This document shows, piece after piece, positions 38,726 through 49,759 of a stretch of 64,000 nucleotides of DNA. The notes under the pieces were generated by a model, which was not told where the DNA came from, made no database searches, and was given only the letters and a program-made list of their open reading frames with translations. The position numbers and the translations under genes are program-made. How positions within the stretch are numbered: position 1 is the stretch's first letter; the number at the start of each line of letters is the position of its first letter. Location: positions 3,162,001-3,226,000 of the forward strand of contig JBNJNM010000011.1 of the NCBI GenBank assembly GCA_052426225.1, written 5' to 3'. Origin of the DNA: Zancudomyces culisetae HAW-14-8. Its lineage: Eukaryota; Fungi; Kickxellomycota.

Positions 38726-40070
38726 TTTTGCGTATATTTCATGTATTTTTTCTTTTCTTTTCTTTCTTGGTTTAGGTTTTTTTTTTGGTTTAGGTTTTTT
38801 TTTTGGTTTAGGTTTTTTTTTGGTTTTGTTTTTTGTTTTGGTTTCTTTGAGTATTGTTACTAATTAATAGTAAGGTTGGTTTTGCTGCTGTAGTTTTTGA
38901 TGTAATTGGAAAATCTGTAGTTTAAAAATATTAATTCTATAAATATATTTCTTGAGTATACAACATAGTAATATATATCTTGTGGAAAACAAAAAGGTTG
39001 GTATTGTCGTTGCTATTACTATTTCTATTTGGTGTTTTGTTATTTATTGCACAGTAAACGGTACAAGAATAAAAGAGAACAAAAACAGGAATATGAAAAG
39101 GTGCACATCTATTGGGTAAAATATCATTATTTTTTTTTTTTAGTGCTAATGGACCAGCAGCATATTCTTCCAGCTACATGTTGAACATCACATGAATCCA
39201 AACATTTTTTTCTTTTTTCCTTTTTCTTTTTTTTTCAAAAAAAATTCAATGTATTTGATTTTCTAATCAATGGTGTATACGAAATTGACTCTGGTACACC
39301 CTCCTAGCTCACTTATCTTTTACCACTCTCTCCTTTCACCCTCCCCTGCTTTCTTCCATGTTATACCTAACCATGATTAGTAATCGTAGAGCCCAATAGA
39401 CAAATTTGAACCCAATTAACTAATTGTTTTTCTCTAATGGGTTAAAGAGCGAGTTAAATGATGCATGAAAAGAGTTGCATAAACATATTATTTGAGGAAG
39501 ATCATTGCCACTTTGTCTTATGTAGATGGGAGAAGAGAAACAAGAGGGTGGTGGACGGGGGGAATAAATTATGGTTCCAGAAAATAATTATTTGCATGAC
39601 TAGTGCTTTATTCCCCCCCCCCCCTTTTATCATAAAGGTTAGTTAGGAATAGGGTCATGAGATCGATGGTCGGAATATAAGAACGATGAAAAAAGACGGT
39701 TTTTTTTCAGCTACCGGATTTTATATATATTTGATTTCAGAGTTTTAAACGATTTAGACTAATTAGGTTAACGGTTTTCCCAAACCATGTTAATCAAAGG
39801 AACATAATAATCCTATTATTTACAGCCAATATATTTTGCTAAAAACAGCTTGGTATCATATTAATAATGTTAATAGTATCGAAAATACTCTAAAAGTATC
39901 GCTATAACCAAGAAGAGTAAAGATGGTGTTTAGATTAGTAATCACAACTCCCTCCTTTGTTTGTTTTTATCAGTTTTCATGTATTCGAAAATGGATTTTT
40001 TTTATTCCAAGAGCATCAAAAAATAAAAACCACTTTACAAAATAGACTACTAAAAATAAAAATAAAAAGT

Positions 40071-40161
40071 GGTGTATGTGTATGTGTATGTGTATGTGTA
40101 GGTGTAGGTGTATGTGTAGGTGTATGTGTATGTGTAGGTGTAGGTGTAGGTGTAAGTGTAG
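40071..40161. repeat. Compound hexamer microsatellite (GTGTAT/GTGTAG)n
   Basis: About 15 hexamer units read directly. Confidence 0.85.
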
Positions 40162-40725
40162 GGGGCTTTTAGTAGATAATGTACTTCATCAGGGATGTAA
40201 TCAGTTCATTTAAACTATTTTGATTTTTATCCCCTATCTACTACTAACCTAGTCATTATAGATGTTGGATGGAGGGGATGGAGGGTGAGAAGAAGTGTGG
40301 TTTTCAATAAGGGGTCATTATGATGAATCTGGATTTCGGCTTTCACACTATTCATGAATTCCAAACCATACACAAAACATCTCTTCCTCCTCCTAATTGC
40401 TTAATAAAAAAAAGATGAATGATATTAAAGAAGCATAATCAATTGCTAGAGCACGAATTTACATAAGTATTCTCCTATATAAGAAATTCGGAGACAAAAT
40501 TAATAAGCTGGTATGCAGTTATGATTGAGTAGTGTTCTATTGGGTACAAAAAATAATATTTGGTAAAAACCCAACTTCAACTACATCATTGGTTAGTACT
40601 TAATAACAGTTCGAAGGAGATAAAGGAGGAGAGCGAAGTAAAAGTTAGGTCATAGACAACGCGAATGCATTTTTTTCTTGCATGGGTTAGTTTTACGCAC
40701 TTTTCACTGCACACGAAACGTTTCA

Positions 40726-40781
40726 CACTACGCACTACGCACTACGCACTACGCACTACGCACTACGCACTACACACTACA
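40726..40781. repeat. Tandem repeat (CACTACG)6 plus two CACTACA variants
   Basis: Read directly. Confidence 0.9.
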
Positions 40782-42258
40782 CACGAGTGCAAATATGATA
40801 CCAGGTAATACGCTAAAGGAAAAAATGGTAATGAAGCGTTTATAAGAATTTGCATGCCGAAAAAGGAAATAAGCCACGAATCTAATCTACAAAGCGAAAA
40901 TCCATTGCAAAAAGGCAAATGTGCTGAAAATGTTGAAAATGCCGAAAAATAACAGTCAAGCCCCTGGGGAGGAGGGGGAGGGGGCGGACCGTTTGGGTTT
41001 TTCGTTGATATTTTTTTTTTGAGTGTTATATACTAACAGATTATTGCTTGGGTAAAATTGTACTTTATACTTAATTTCCTTCAACTTGGATCAATGGTTT
41101 AGATGAACGAATTTGTTGGAGAAACTATCCGTGTTGATCCCAAAAGGCACCAAAAAAAAAAGTGATCACCGATTATAAGCACTTTGAGGTAATCAAACTT
41201 CCGTTTATCTTTTCACAGATCAAAGTGAACAAATCCGGATAGAACGGAAATAGTATGTATAAAGAGAGGGTTTGCAGAAAATTAAGCCATAATGATAAAA
41301 TAGATTTCACATGTATTATAAACTTGAGCAATTAATAGATGGAAAAAAATTTTTTTTAAATTAAAATGAGTGGAAGAGAAAAAACATTGGCGAATTTCTG
41401 CCCATTCACTGTTTTTTTATTGACTAACTAGTGCGTAGAATAAATTGTATTCAATCCCTTGCCACAAAAAAAAAAATACCGATGGTTTATGACATATATA
41501 TTTTTATTCGTCCACCAACCAACGTTTATTTTAAACTGGACACGCAAAGAGATTACAATAGTATAGGTATAAAAATTTATCGATATTTATAACAAAAAAT
41601 ATAAAAAAGGGCCAAAATGGTGATGAAAGCACTAATTATTTTTTCACTAGATTGATATCAAATACACAAAATTCCAATCATTTTTTTATAATTATAAAAG
41701 CTTTTTCCTTTATTTGGAGATTGCGGGTCGATTTACGGGTTAATTTCACATAGTACATGAGAATACCAAAGTATTTATATAATTAAATGCGATATTAGAA
41801 TTAGAAAAAAGCAAGAATATAATTTAACAAGAAAAAGTCTAGAAAGCAAAAGGGAATTGTAACGCGAACAGAGTAAACGTGGGACCAAGCAGATATTATT
41901 CATTTGATAACGGTAAAAGCATAGTCAATTTGATGCTTAATTTAGATTGAACCTCTTTTAAAAGCTTGCGAATAAGAAAATATTGATATATAAACCAAAG
42001 GTTTATGCACAAAAGCGAGGTTATACAGCATAATATCACGACTAATACCACTAAACCCAACAACTAAACTTTTCAGTATCGATACAATAATAAAATCAAC
42101 AAAGTTTTTAATTTTTTTTTGAATTAGCAATAGTTTTCACAGGGAAAGAGAAAAAAAACGCGGTATTATAAATTTTAGGAGCAGTGTCATATGAGTAGAC
42201 ACTAAGAAAGCAAATTCAAATAGAGAAATAGAAAGAAAAAAAGAAATGAAAATATAAG

Positions 42259-45200
42259 ATGGCACCAAAATACTTTGCACCAGTATGGAAACATTTCGAG
42301 AGAAAGGAACCAACAGGAAAATCTAAACATCATAGAGCAGGATGTATATACTGTAAGTATGAGCTGAGTGGGCAACCAGAGAGGATGAAGGCGCATTTGC
42401 GGAAATGTCCAAAAATATCAGAAAGTGTTAAAAAACACTTTTATTCAGAGGACAATGAAAATGAGGGAATAGAGATAATAGATTCGGGAAATGGGGGTAT
42501 TATGAATGGGAATTTGCGAATCAGGAAAAAAGAGATAGGAAGGGGGTATGGTAGTGGTAGCGGGACTGGTGTAGCTGGGGGAGAGGATGAAGGAGAAGAG
42601 GATGAAGAGGAGGAGGAGGGAGAGGAAGGAGGTGATGTGCAGCAAGAAAAGACTCGAAATGTTGACGGTGGCAGCGGGGGTAGATATACGAGTAACGACA
42701 CAGACAGTGATATGGATGATAGTAATCAAAGTAAGGGATTGAGGGGTGATGTCTTGGGTCAAGGCAGTCGAAGGGCCAGCGAAAGTATTGATCAGGAAAA
42801 GAGAACTGAAAACGAAATAGAACTAGAAAAGGTATACGAATATTTAAAGTCGGGAGTATCGGTTGGCGGAAAAGTTGATCAAAGCAGTAGTGCGAATAAA
42901 GAAAACGCAAACGAAGCCGAAAAGAATGATATGCAAATTACTGCAGGTAACTGGGGGAAAAATATAAATACAGAAAAGTATAATATAGTAGCGGGTTATG
43001 AGTATAGAAACGAAGATAGTGTATCCGAAAGCAGTAAAGAGGAAAGAGTGGGACAGAAAAGGAAGGCGAGTAAAGTTTTACCAGGAGAGGCAGGAATATG
43101 GAAAATGCGAATGAATATGTATACTAGCGGCAAGGAGGAAAGAATGAGAGCGGGTAAGGGGCGTGGCGAGTATGAAGAGGCGAGGATAGGGTATTTTATT
43201 GACGGAGATAATAGACAGCGGAAGGGGCTCTACATACCAAACATTACAGACCCGAGGCATTACAGCAAAAAGAGACCAGGGTACCAGAATGTAGCAAGCT
43301 ATTACAGTAAAGTGAAACCAGAGCGAAGTAAACTCACATCAATCTCAACGATAGTTTCACCGCATCCAATCATTAAAGAGGCAATTTCAAAAGTGCCAGA
43401 GCCAATATTGAATAATTATGTAGGATGTGGGTTTCCAATTCCACTGGGGATAGAGGGTTTGAAAGTGTTGGATCTAGGGTGTGGGAGTGGAAGAGATTGT
43501 TATGTGGTAAGTAAACTGGTAGGATCACTTGGGGAGGTGTGTGGGATAGACAATGATGCGGAACAGATAGGCATTGCATCAGAATATATTGATATGTATT
43601 CAAAGGAGTTAGGATATAAACCAAACCTCAAATTCAAACATGGGTACATAGAGTTTCTGACCAGAGCAGGAATCTTTCCAGAGTCGATAGATCTTTGTAT
43701 TTCAAACAACGCAGTGAATCTTTCACCTGACAAGGAGTTAGTATTTAAGTCTGTATTTGAGATATTGCGAGAGGGTGGCGAGTTTTACTTTTCTGATATA
43801 TATGCAGACCGTCGGCTGCCACCACATTTAAGAACACATCCAACATTGGTGAGTGAAAATCTGGGTGGTGCACTGTATATCCAAGACTTTATGAAGTTGA
43901 TTGAAAGTGTTGGGTTTGCAGATCCACGGCAAGTGGGGCCAAAAGTGCCAGTACAAATCCAAACCACAGAGCTCAGTGATCTGGTGCGGTCAACCAAGTT
44001 TTTTGCGATTACCTACCGGTTATTTAAATTCTCAAAACCCGGAAACGTTCTGGAACGGTCTCGCGAAGATTATGGGCAGCTGGCGATATACAAGGGAACA
44101 ATAGATGGGCAACGCTCGTTTTATAGATTAGACAACGATTACAGTTTTGAGGCCAACAGACCGACCCTTGTAGACGGCAACTCTGCCGTAATGCTGGCCG
44201 AGTCGTGGCTGCAAAAGCACTTTGAGGTGCGAGGCGACCGTGCCCACCACTTTGGAGCGTTTCGCAACCAGAATGCATACTTGGCGTCTGTCGATGCAAA
44301 CAGACCTGCCAAACACGACTGGGAAACCGAAAACGAAAACTACCGCAACATCAACTCTCTTTTGCCCTCTGCAAAACCTTCAACGTTTTTCAACAGCTTT
44401 CATACCTTCCACAATTTTAATGAGGGTAATAGTGGTGGAGGTGGTATTGGTGTTGGTAACAACCCTGATTTGTTCTTGTTTTCGGATTTACCGCCTTTGT
44501 TTGATGCCTCCAACCTTTATTCTTTGGCTCCTATAAATTATAGCGCTATCAATAGTACTTCTACTCCTAACCTCGCTTCCAATTCTACCACCAATATTAA
44601 TCTCACTACCAATACAAATGCTAATACCAATACAAATGTCAACACTAATGCTAATACAAACACAATTCCTAATACAAACTCAAACTCTAACACAAACTCT
44701 AACCCAAACGCAAATAATATTTCTGTTCCTTCATCAAATTATTCTCAAAACATTCCTCCCACAAATCCTATTGCATCAGCAGCCGCAATACCAGGCAGAA
44801 ATTTTGTTGAAACCTCTTCTCATACCGATCTTTTTGGCCTTAATACATCTCATCCAACCAACTCCAGCTATTCCAACCCCACTCCATTATTTACTACAAA
44901 AAACACCACCGTTGCTGATCAGTTTTATCACCAAAGTATCAACAACAAGCAATTGAATGTGTCTACAAATTCAGCTGCAACACCAGCCTCAACTAGTTTG
45001 CATCTCTTGGGTTCTTATCTTGACTCGTCTACGTCTGTGACTAACAGGACTAACTCTGCCAACGCTACCAACACTGCTACCATTACTGCTGCAACCACTG
45101 CTACTTTTACAGTCGGCTCAGCAAAGACCACTCCACTGACTTCTCATCTACCTTTAGTTAACCCTACCTCGACATCTATTTCATCCACCCATAATCTTTC

Positions 45201-45480
45201 CCACAATACAGCCACTACCAGCTTTAACAATACCCACACCAATGTTATTAACAATACTGATATGTTTGATTTGTCACAGAAGCCAAAGGTTCATACCACC
45301 AGCAGCACCCCTATTATTGCATCTGCCACTACAATCATCAATGATCCAAAATCATTAGGAAATATGAATAATCTTGGTAATAATACAAGTGCTTTTCCTG
45401 CTAGATCCACCTTTGAACACTATAAAAAGAAATATCCTTTGTTTTCTATAAAAACTTCCAAACTCGACACTAGTAAATAG
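42259..45480 (+). CDS. BED zinc finger fused to an AS3MT/ArsM-like SAM-dependent methyltransferase domain with core Cys replaced by Asn, plus an N/S/T-rich tail
   Basis: aa 1-53 PVWKHF..CIYC..RMKAHLRKC (BED). About aa 345-670 is colinear with AS3MT: YVGCG, VLDLGCGSGRDCY, GYIE, LSPDK, GGEFYFSDIY, LGGALY, TYRLFK. Confidence 0.9.
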   Translation: MAPKYFAPVWKHFERKEPTGKSKHHRAGCIYCKYELSGQPERMKAHLRKCPKISESVKKHFYSEDNENEGIEIIDSGNGGIMNGNLRIRKKEIGRGYGSGSGTGVAGGEDEGEEDEEEEEGEEGGDVQQEKTRNVDGGSGGRYTSNDTDSDMDDSNQSKGLRGDVLGQGSRRASESIDQEKRTENEIELEKVYEYLKSGVSVGGKVDQSSSANKENANEAEKNDMQITAGNWGKNINTEKYNIVAGYEYRNEDSVSESSKEERVGQKRKASKVLPGEAGIWKMRMNMYTSGKEERMRAGKGRGEYEEARIGYFIDGDNRQRKGLYIPNITDPRHYSKKRPGYQNVASYYSKVKPERSKLTSISTIVSPHPIIKEAISKVPEPILNNYVGCGFPIPLGIEGLKVLDLGCGSGRDCYVVSKLVGSLGEVCGIDNDAEQIGIASEYIDMYSKELGYKPNLKFKHGYIEFLTRAGIFPESIDLCISNNAVNLSPDKELVFKSVFEILREGGEFYFSDIYADRRLPPHLRTHPTLVSENLGGALYIQDFMKLIESVGFADPRQVGPKVPVQIQTTELSDLVRSTKFFAITYRLFKFSKPGNVLERSREDYGQLAIYKGTIDGQRSFYRLDNDYSFEANRPTLVDGNSAVMLAESWLQKHFEVRGDRAHHFGAFRNQNAYLASVDANRPAKHDWETENENYRNINSLLPSAKPSTFFNSFHTFHNFNEGNSGGGGIGVGNNPDLFLFSDLPPLFDASNLYSLAPINYSAINSTSTPNLASNSTTNINLTTNTNANTNTNVNTNANTNTIPNTNSNSNTNSNPNANNISVPSSNYSQNIPPTNPIASAAAIPGRNFVETSSHTDLFGLNTSHPTNSSYSNPTPLFTTKNTTVADQFYHQSINNKQLNVSTNSAATPASTSLHLLGSYLDSSTSVTNRTNSANATNTATITAATTATFTVGSAKTTPLTSHLPLVNPTSTSISSTHNLSHNTATTSFNNTHTNVINNTDMFDLSQKPKVHTTSSTPIIASATTIINDPKSLGNMNNLGNNTSAFPARSTFEHYKKKYPLFSIKTSKLDTSK

Positions 45481-46162
45481 CCCCATTAGCCGGTCTTTTT
45501 TTTTCCCCTGTATAGTATAACCAGCAATCCCAGGCTGATTTTGGGTTTAATAAATATTACATTCCTATTGATGTCTGGCTAGACAAGAAGCATGTTTGTT
45601 TGTTATTTTTTTCTTTCTTTTTTGTATCGTTTAATGTTGTTAGTGTGATTTATTATTTTAGAACAAGCCATTTTAAATACCACAAACTTGGATAAAATTT
45701 CCAATAGCTCCCCACACTCCATCCCACTTCTACCATTTCTCTGATCCCTCACACTGTCAACTGTTTTATTATTTTTTACAAGAAAAAACTAGGTATATTT
45801 TGACGTGTTTGTGGAAAAAATATATCTTGCCCCGCCAAATCTGCAACATCTAAATCAAGAAAATTGTTGAAAAAAAAAATTTTCTTGCTCTTGATTTTGT
45901 TTATCAATTAGCGAAAAGGGCCGCAAAAGGGCAATACAATTTTATTATTCGATATTGAGCTACCAATATACGAATAATAAAAAAAATACTAAACGAGCAA
46001 GGGAGGCTGATAAAAAAAAAACAAGCGAGTAAACAAGAACAAGGATCGGAATTATAATTAGAATTAGGATCCACGACTTTCAACACATTTATATACATAT
46101 CCACAATCTCCAAAGCGAACTAGAAATCACATAAACTAGATATTATATCCGAGAGTTCAAAA

Positions 46163-46936
46163 ATGCAAAAAGCTCAGCCAAAGGCAAAGTTTATCCATAA
46201 TATTTATAAACAGCTGCTTCAAGGTAGGCTGAGGGATCAGAAACCGGTTTGGCTTGATTCGATGGAACTGTATCCACCAGGTCCCTCAATATACAAGGAT
46301 CCATCGGCTTTTGATGTAAGGGGCAAATATGCTTTCGAATCTACCCAATCGAACAAACAAAGCCAAGTTCAGGACAACCAGCCGAAGGCGTTGTATACCA
46401 GAGGCAGCCATAAAAAGCTTAACAGAAGGCCTAAGGTGCGTCCACCCAAAATAGTATACCCCGAAGACAGATTACGTGAGAGGTTTTATAAAGATCATCC
46501 ATTTGAACTTAATCAACCGATTTCGCTTGTTGAACGAAATATAGCTACCAAGCAGAAATACGAATCCATAAGTGACTATTCTCCATTTGGGATAAGCGGT
46601 GAAAGTGTTATACGCCGGCAGCTATTCTTAATGCATGGTGCAGATGGCAGCGAGGGGTTAACTGAGGATCAAGCCTATACAATTGCTTGCTCAGAATTCT
46701 ACCAGGCTAGAGCAGAAAAGGAACTTGAAACCAGAATTGCTGGTCAGGAGGCTAAGCAACACGGTCACTTTTCCAGAGTTGTTGGCAAAGATAGTGACAA
46801 GAATGTCAGTAATATTAATAGAATCCATTCCTTGCTATCAAAGACACTTGAGTGGGAAAAACTGTTGGAAAGCGAGCAGGTCATTGCTAAACGAAATGAA
46901 ATGAGTTCCACCAACTCTTCACTGCTAGGCTTTTAG
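46163..46936 (+). CDS. RSM25: Mitochondrial ribosomal small-subunit protein mS23 (Rsm25)
   Basis: PVWLDSMELYPP, PPKIVYPEDRLRERFYKDHPFEL, GESVIRRQ and AYTIACSEFY motifs. Confidence 0.9.
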   Translation: MQKAQPKAKFIHNIYKQLLQGRLRDQKPVWLDSMELYPPGPSIYKDPSAFDVRGKYAFESTQSNKQSQVQDNQPKALYTRGSHKKLNRRPKVRPPKIVYPEDRLRERFYKDHPFELNQPISLVERNIATKQKYESISDYSPFGISGESVIRRQLFLMHGADGSEGLTEDQAYTIACSEFYQARAEKELETRIAGQEAKQHGHFSRVVGKDSDKNVSNINRIHSLLSKTLEWEKLLESEQVIAKRNEMSSTNSSLLGF

Positions 46937-47577
46937 ACTTTTTCCATTTATTTATTTTTTATATCATATTTTATTTTGTCCTCCGTTGTTGATACACTCG
47001 CATCATAAATAATAAAAAAATGAACCTTTATGCTTTTCGTATGGTATCGTTGTTAGAATATCGTTGAATTTTGAATTTTGATGGGGACACGTTCTATACC
47101 CCAAACAAATCGATAGTGGTATAGTTAAAAGACCTAGTATTTCTGCTGCTTGTTGCTTAGCTTTACCTCTAACCACTGATCTTGTTGCTAACTTTATCGC
47201 TAATCAAACCCATCTTGTTAAAGTGTAGGATGAACCTAACATACCCTACATTCATACACTCCCATAAATACAGTGGAAATAACATAGGTTCTACTGGATC
47301 TGTGTAAACAGAATCAAAAAAAGATCAGATAATGGCTGGCCACGCAGAGTTCAAACACAAACCAATGTTGTTTTGTGTAAACAGCATACACACGCATGAC
47401 ATGCAAGCACACAAACGCACCGAAGTAAAAAAGTTCACATTGTTAGTTTTATTACAACAAGTAACAAAAACAAACTATAAAAGAAAAGTCCAGAAAAAAA
47501 AGCACAACAGAATAACCAAGAAAAAGAAGTATATACTATATTATATATCAAGTCAAATTGAACTCAATTTAATAAAA

Positions 47578-48392
47578 TTATGCAATTTGGTCCTTGTTAA
47601 TGTTGTAGTATTTAAGTTTGTAGGTGTTCTTGTCAGTAGAAACAACTCTCAACCAATCTCTCAACATGTTCTTCTTCAAGAACTTCTTGGTTAGGTATTT
47701 GACGTAGCGCTTGCTAAGATCGATTTTTGAGGTAATATCGATGACTGAGTTTCCTTGTCTCTTGATGACGATGGTGTTTCCAAGCTTTCCAGCAACTCCG
47801 TTAATCTTGATTCTGTCGTGCAAGAACTTTTCGAAGCTTGATACATCAAGAATCTTATCACCAGCTGGGACGCTGACGTTGATCTTGTATCTTGGCCAAA
47901 GTTTTCTTGGTTGTGTCTTGGATTTCTATGTTGTAAGTTTAATTGTTTTGTTAGAAAAGCACAATTCTAGCACAAAGAAGTTATATATTATTACACATGC
48001 TGTTAATTCTCGAGTGAAGCGCAAAAAATTGTATTTATCCCTCATAAAGAGTTATATATACAAAAGTTAATCAGCAAGGTGAGTTTTTTATTCTCGTCTT
48101 ACTAGAAGCAGTAGTTATAAAAAGGTGGTGAATAAAAAATAGCGGCACAAGAAATGTATAATCGTAAAATATATCGTTATACACATAATGCAGTGCTACC
48201 ATCCTCTGTTCAACCAAGATGTTACAAGATATGCTCCATACGATAATAAAAGACGCTCCTTGTGTTGCAATTCCAAATTTCAAATCAACCCTTAACCCTC
48301 ATCCCGATTGCCCTCACCAAAAAATATCATATACTCATCCTACATAGCAATGGTAATATTAGTATTTAAAGGTCACTTACAACTCTAGTCAT
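47578..48392 (-). CDS. RPL22: 60S ribosomal protein eL22, 2 exons (48392-48381, 47925-47578)
   Basis: FEKFLHDRIKING..GKLG and SKRYVKYLTKKFLKKNMLRDWLRVVS. Exon 1 MTRV is followed by a GTAAGT donor. Confidence 0.95.
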
Positions 48393-49759
48393 TTTTCGGT
48401 ATACACACAAAAACTGTTTTTTCTATATAGTTTTTATTTACTAATAAGTAAAATATTGAAAGAGCTTTATATGTTTTATTAAAATAAATATTTTAAAATA
48501 TTTTATTTAACATTGCAATTTAGCGCAAGCGAAAAAAAAAATTGTGGTTTAGTCAACAATAGGAGGGGAGGGGCAGGAAAAGTGTAAAATTTTTTTTAGT
48601 ATGTGTGGAAAAAAAAAAAAAAATAGACGAGCTAAAAAAATTTTTTTTTACTGCCTCGGAAGCATACCACTAACAAAAAACAATGGAGAGTCGGCAAGAA
48701 AAAATATATAAATTGCAATGCGGGATTTGGTACACCATATCCATTTCCTGCAAAAGTCGATGCAGCCCTCCCCCTCACCTACCCGAGCTTGAATAGTTAA
48801 GAAGAAAAAAATCAGTTCTTTTCTTGGTTTACTTAATTTTTGGAACTATTTATCTGTAAACGAACCACAATGCGATTTTGAGTTCGTTTTTTTTTTTTTG
48901 AAAATGGAAAGTTATGAAATTTCAGTAAACAGCAAAGGAAAAATAATATTTTACTCTAAATAGTCTTGACTTGCAAACAGCGAATACAATGAAAATTAAA
49001 ATTGATTCACCAATCACATATCTAATAACTTCAAAATATTGTGTAGGGTTACTTTTTTTCTTAATTTAGCAGAGGCATAACTGTAAATTATAAAATCTGT
49101 GCTTTTGAGAAATAATAGCAAACCAAATGTTGTGAATAGCGGTAGTGGAGGGGGAAAAAAGTGCTATTGTCAAGATTGACAAAAAAACGAATTATTAGCT
49201 CTTGGGCAGTTGGAGCTGGTGGCGGGGCTCACCAAGATGCAGACATGTATTTCAATCCATAAGCAATTTCGGCCATGTGTTGGTTGTTGATCTTCATATT
49301 TATGGTAATATGATACAACAGATCCCGTACACACAACCTGTTTACAATGCGTAGGCTCAGCAATATATACAAATATAGATTTCCCAAGTTATTCTTGAGT
49401 TTATTATGGCTTAGTGTTGCTCATGACATATGTTGGCAAAATAAGAGATGGTAAAAGTTATTATTTTCAATAGGAGCTATCTCTTTTTGAGCAAGCCAAA
49501 ACATAATTAAACTATTTTGGTTATGATTGGTATATTCGCAGTATAAAGTAATGTTAGTATCAATACACACATGTCTAAACCAAAAGCATTACAAGAAACG
49601 TTGCACGCATCATAATTGTGTTACTAAACCAGCAATAGTTGCTGCATCTTGGCTGCTGTCATTTATCATATCATCATTATATAAAGTGTCTATTCGCTCT
49701 ATCAACTCAAGATACAAATGACAGAAAATGAATATCTCTACATTATAAACAAAAACAAA

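Noticed and set aside
26995-40781. Short tandem arrays as CRISPR or telomeric repeats
   Set aside because: No spacers, the units differ between arrays, and they are interstitial in a eukaryotic genome; ordinary slippage repeats.
42259-42420. Autonomous hAT transposon implied by the BED finger
   Set aside because: No transposase catalytic or dimerisation domain, terminal inverted repeats or 8-bp TSD seen.
43700-43865. Selenocysteine (TGA) recoding at the missing ArsM cysteines, since some early-diverging fungi use Sec
   Set aside because: The codons are AAC and AAT, not TGA. I saw no in-frame TGA or convincing SECIS in the gene models I built.
49195-49325. Possible H/ACA snoRNA (two weak hairpins ending near ACA)
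   Set aside because: No ANANNA H box at the hinge and the stems are short.
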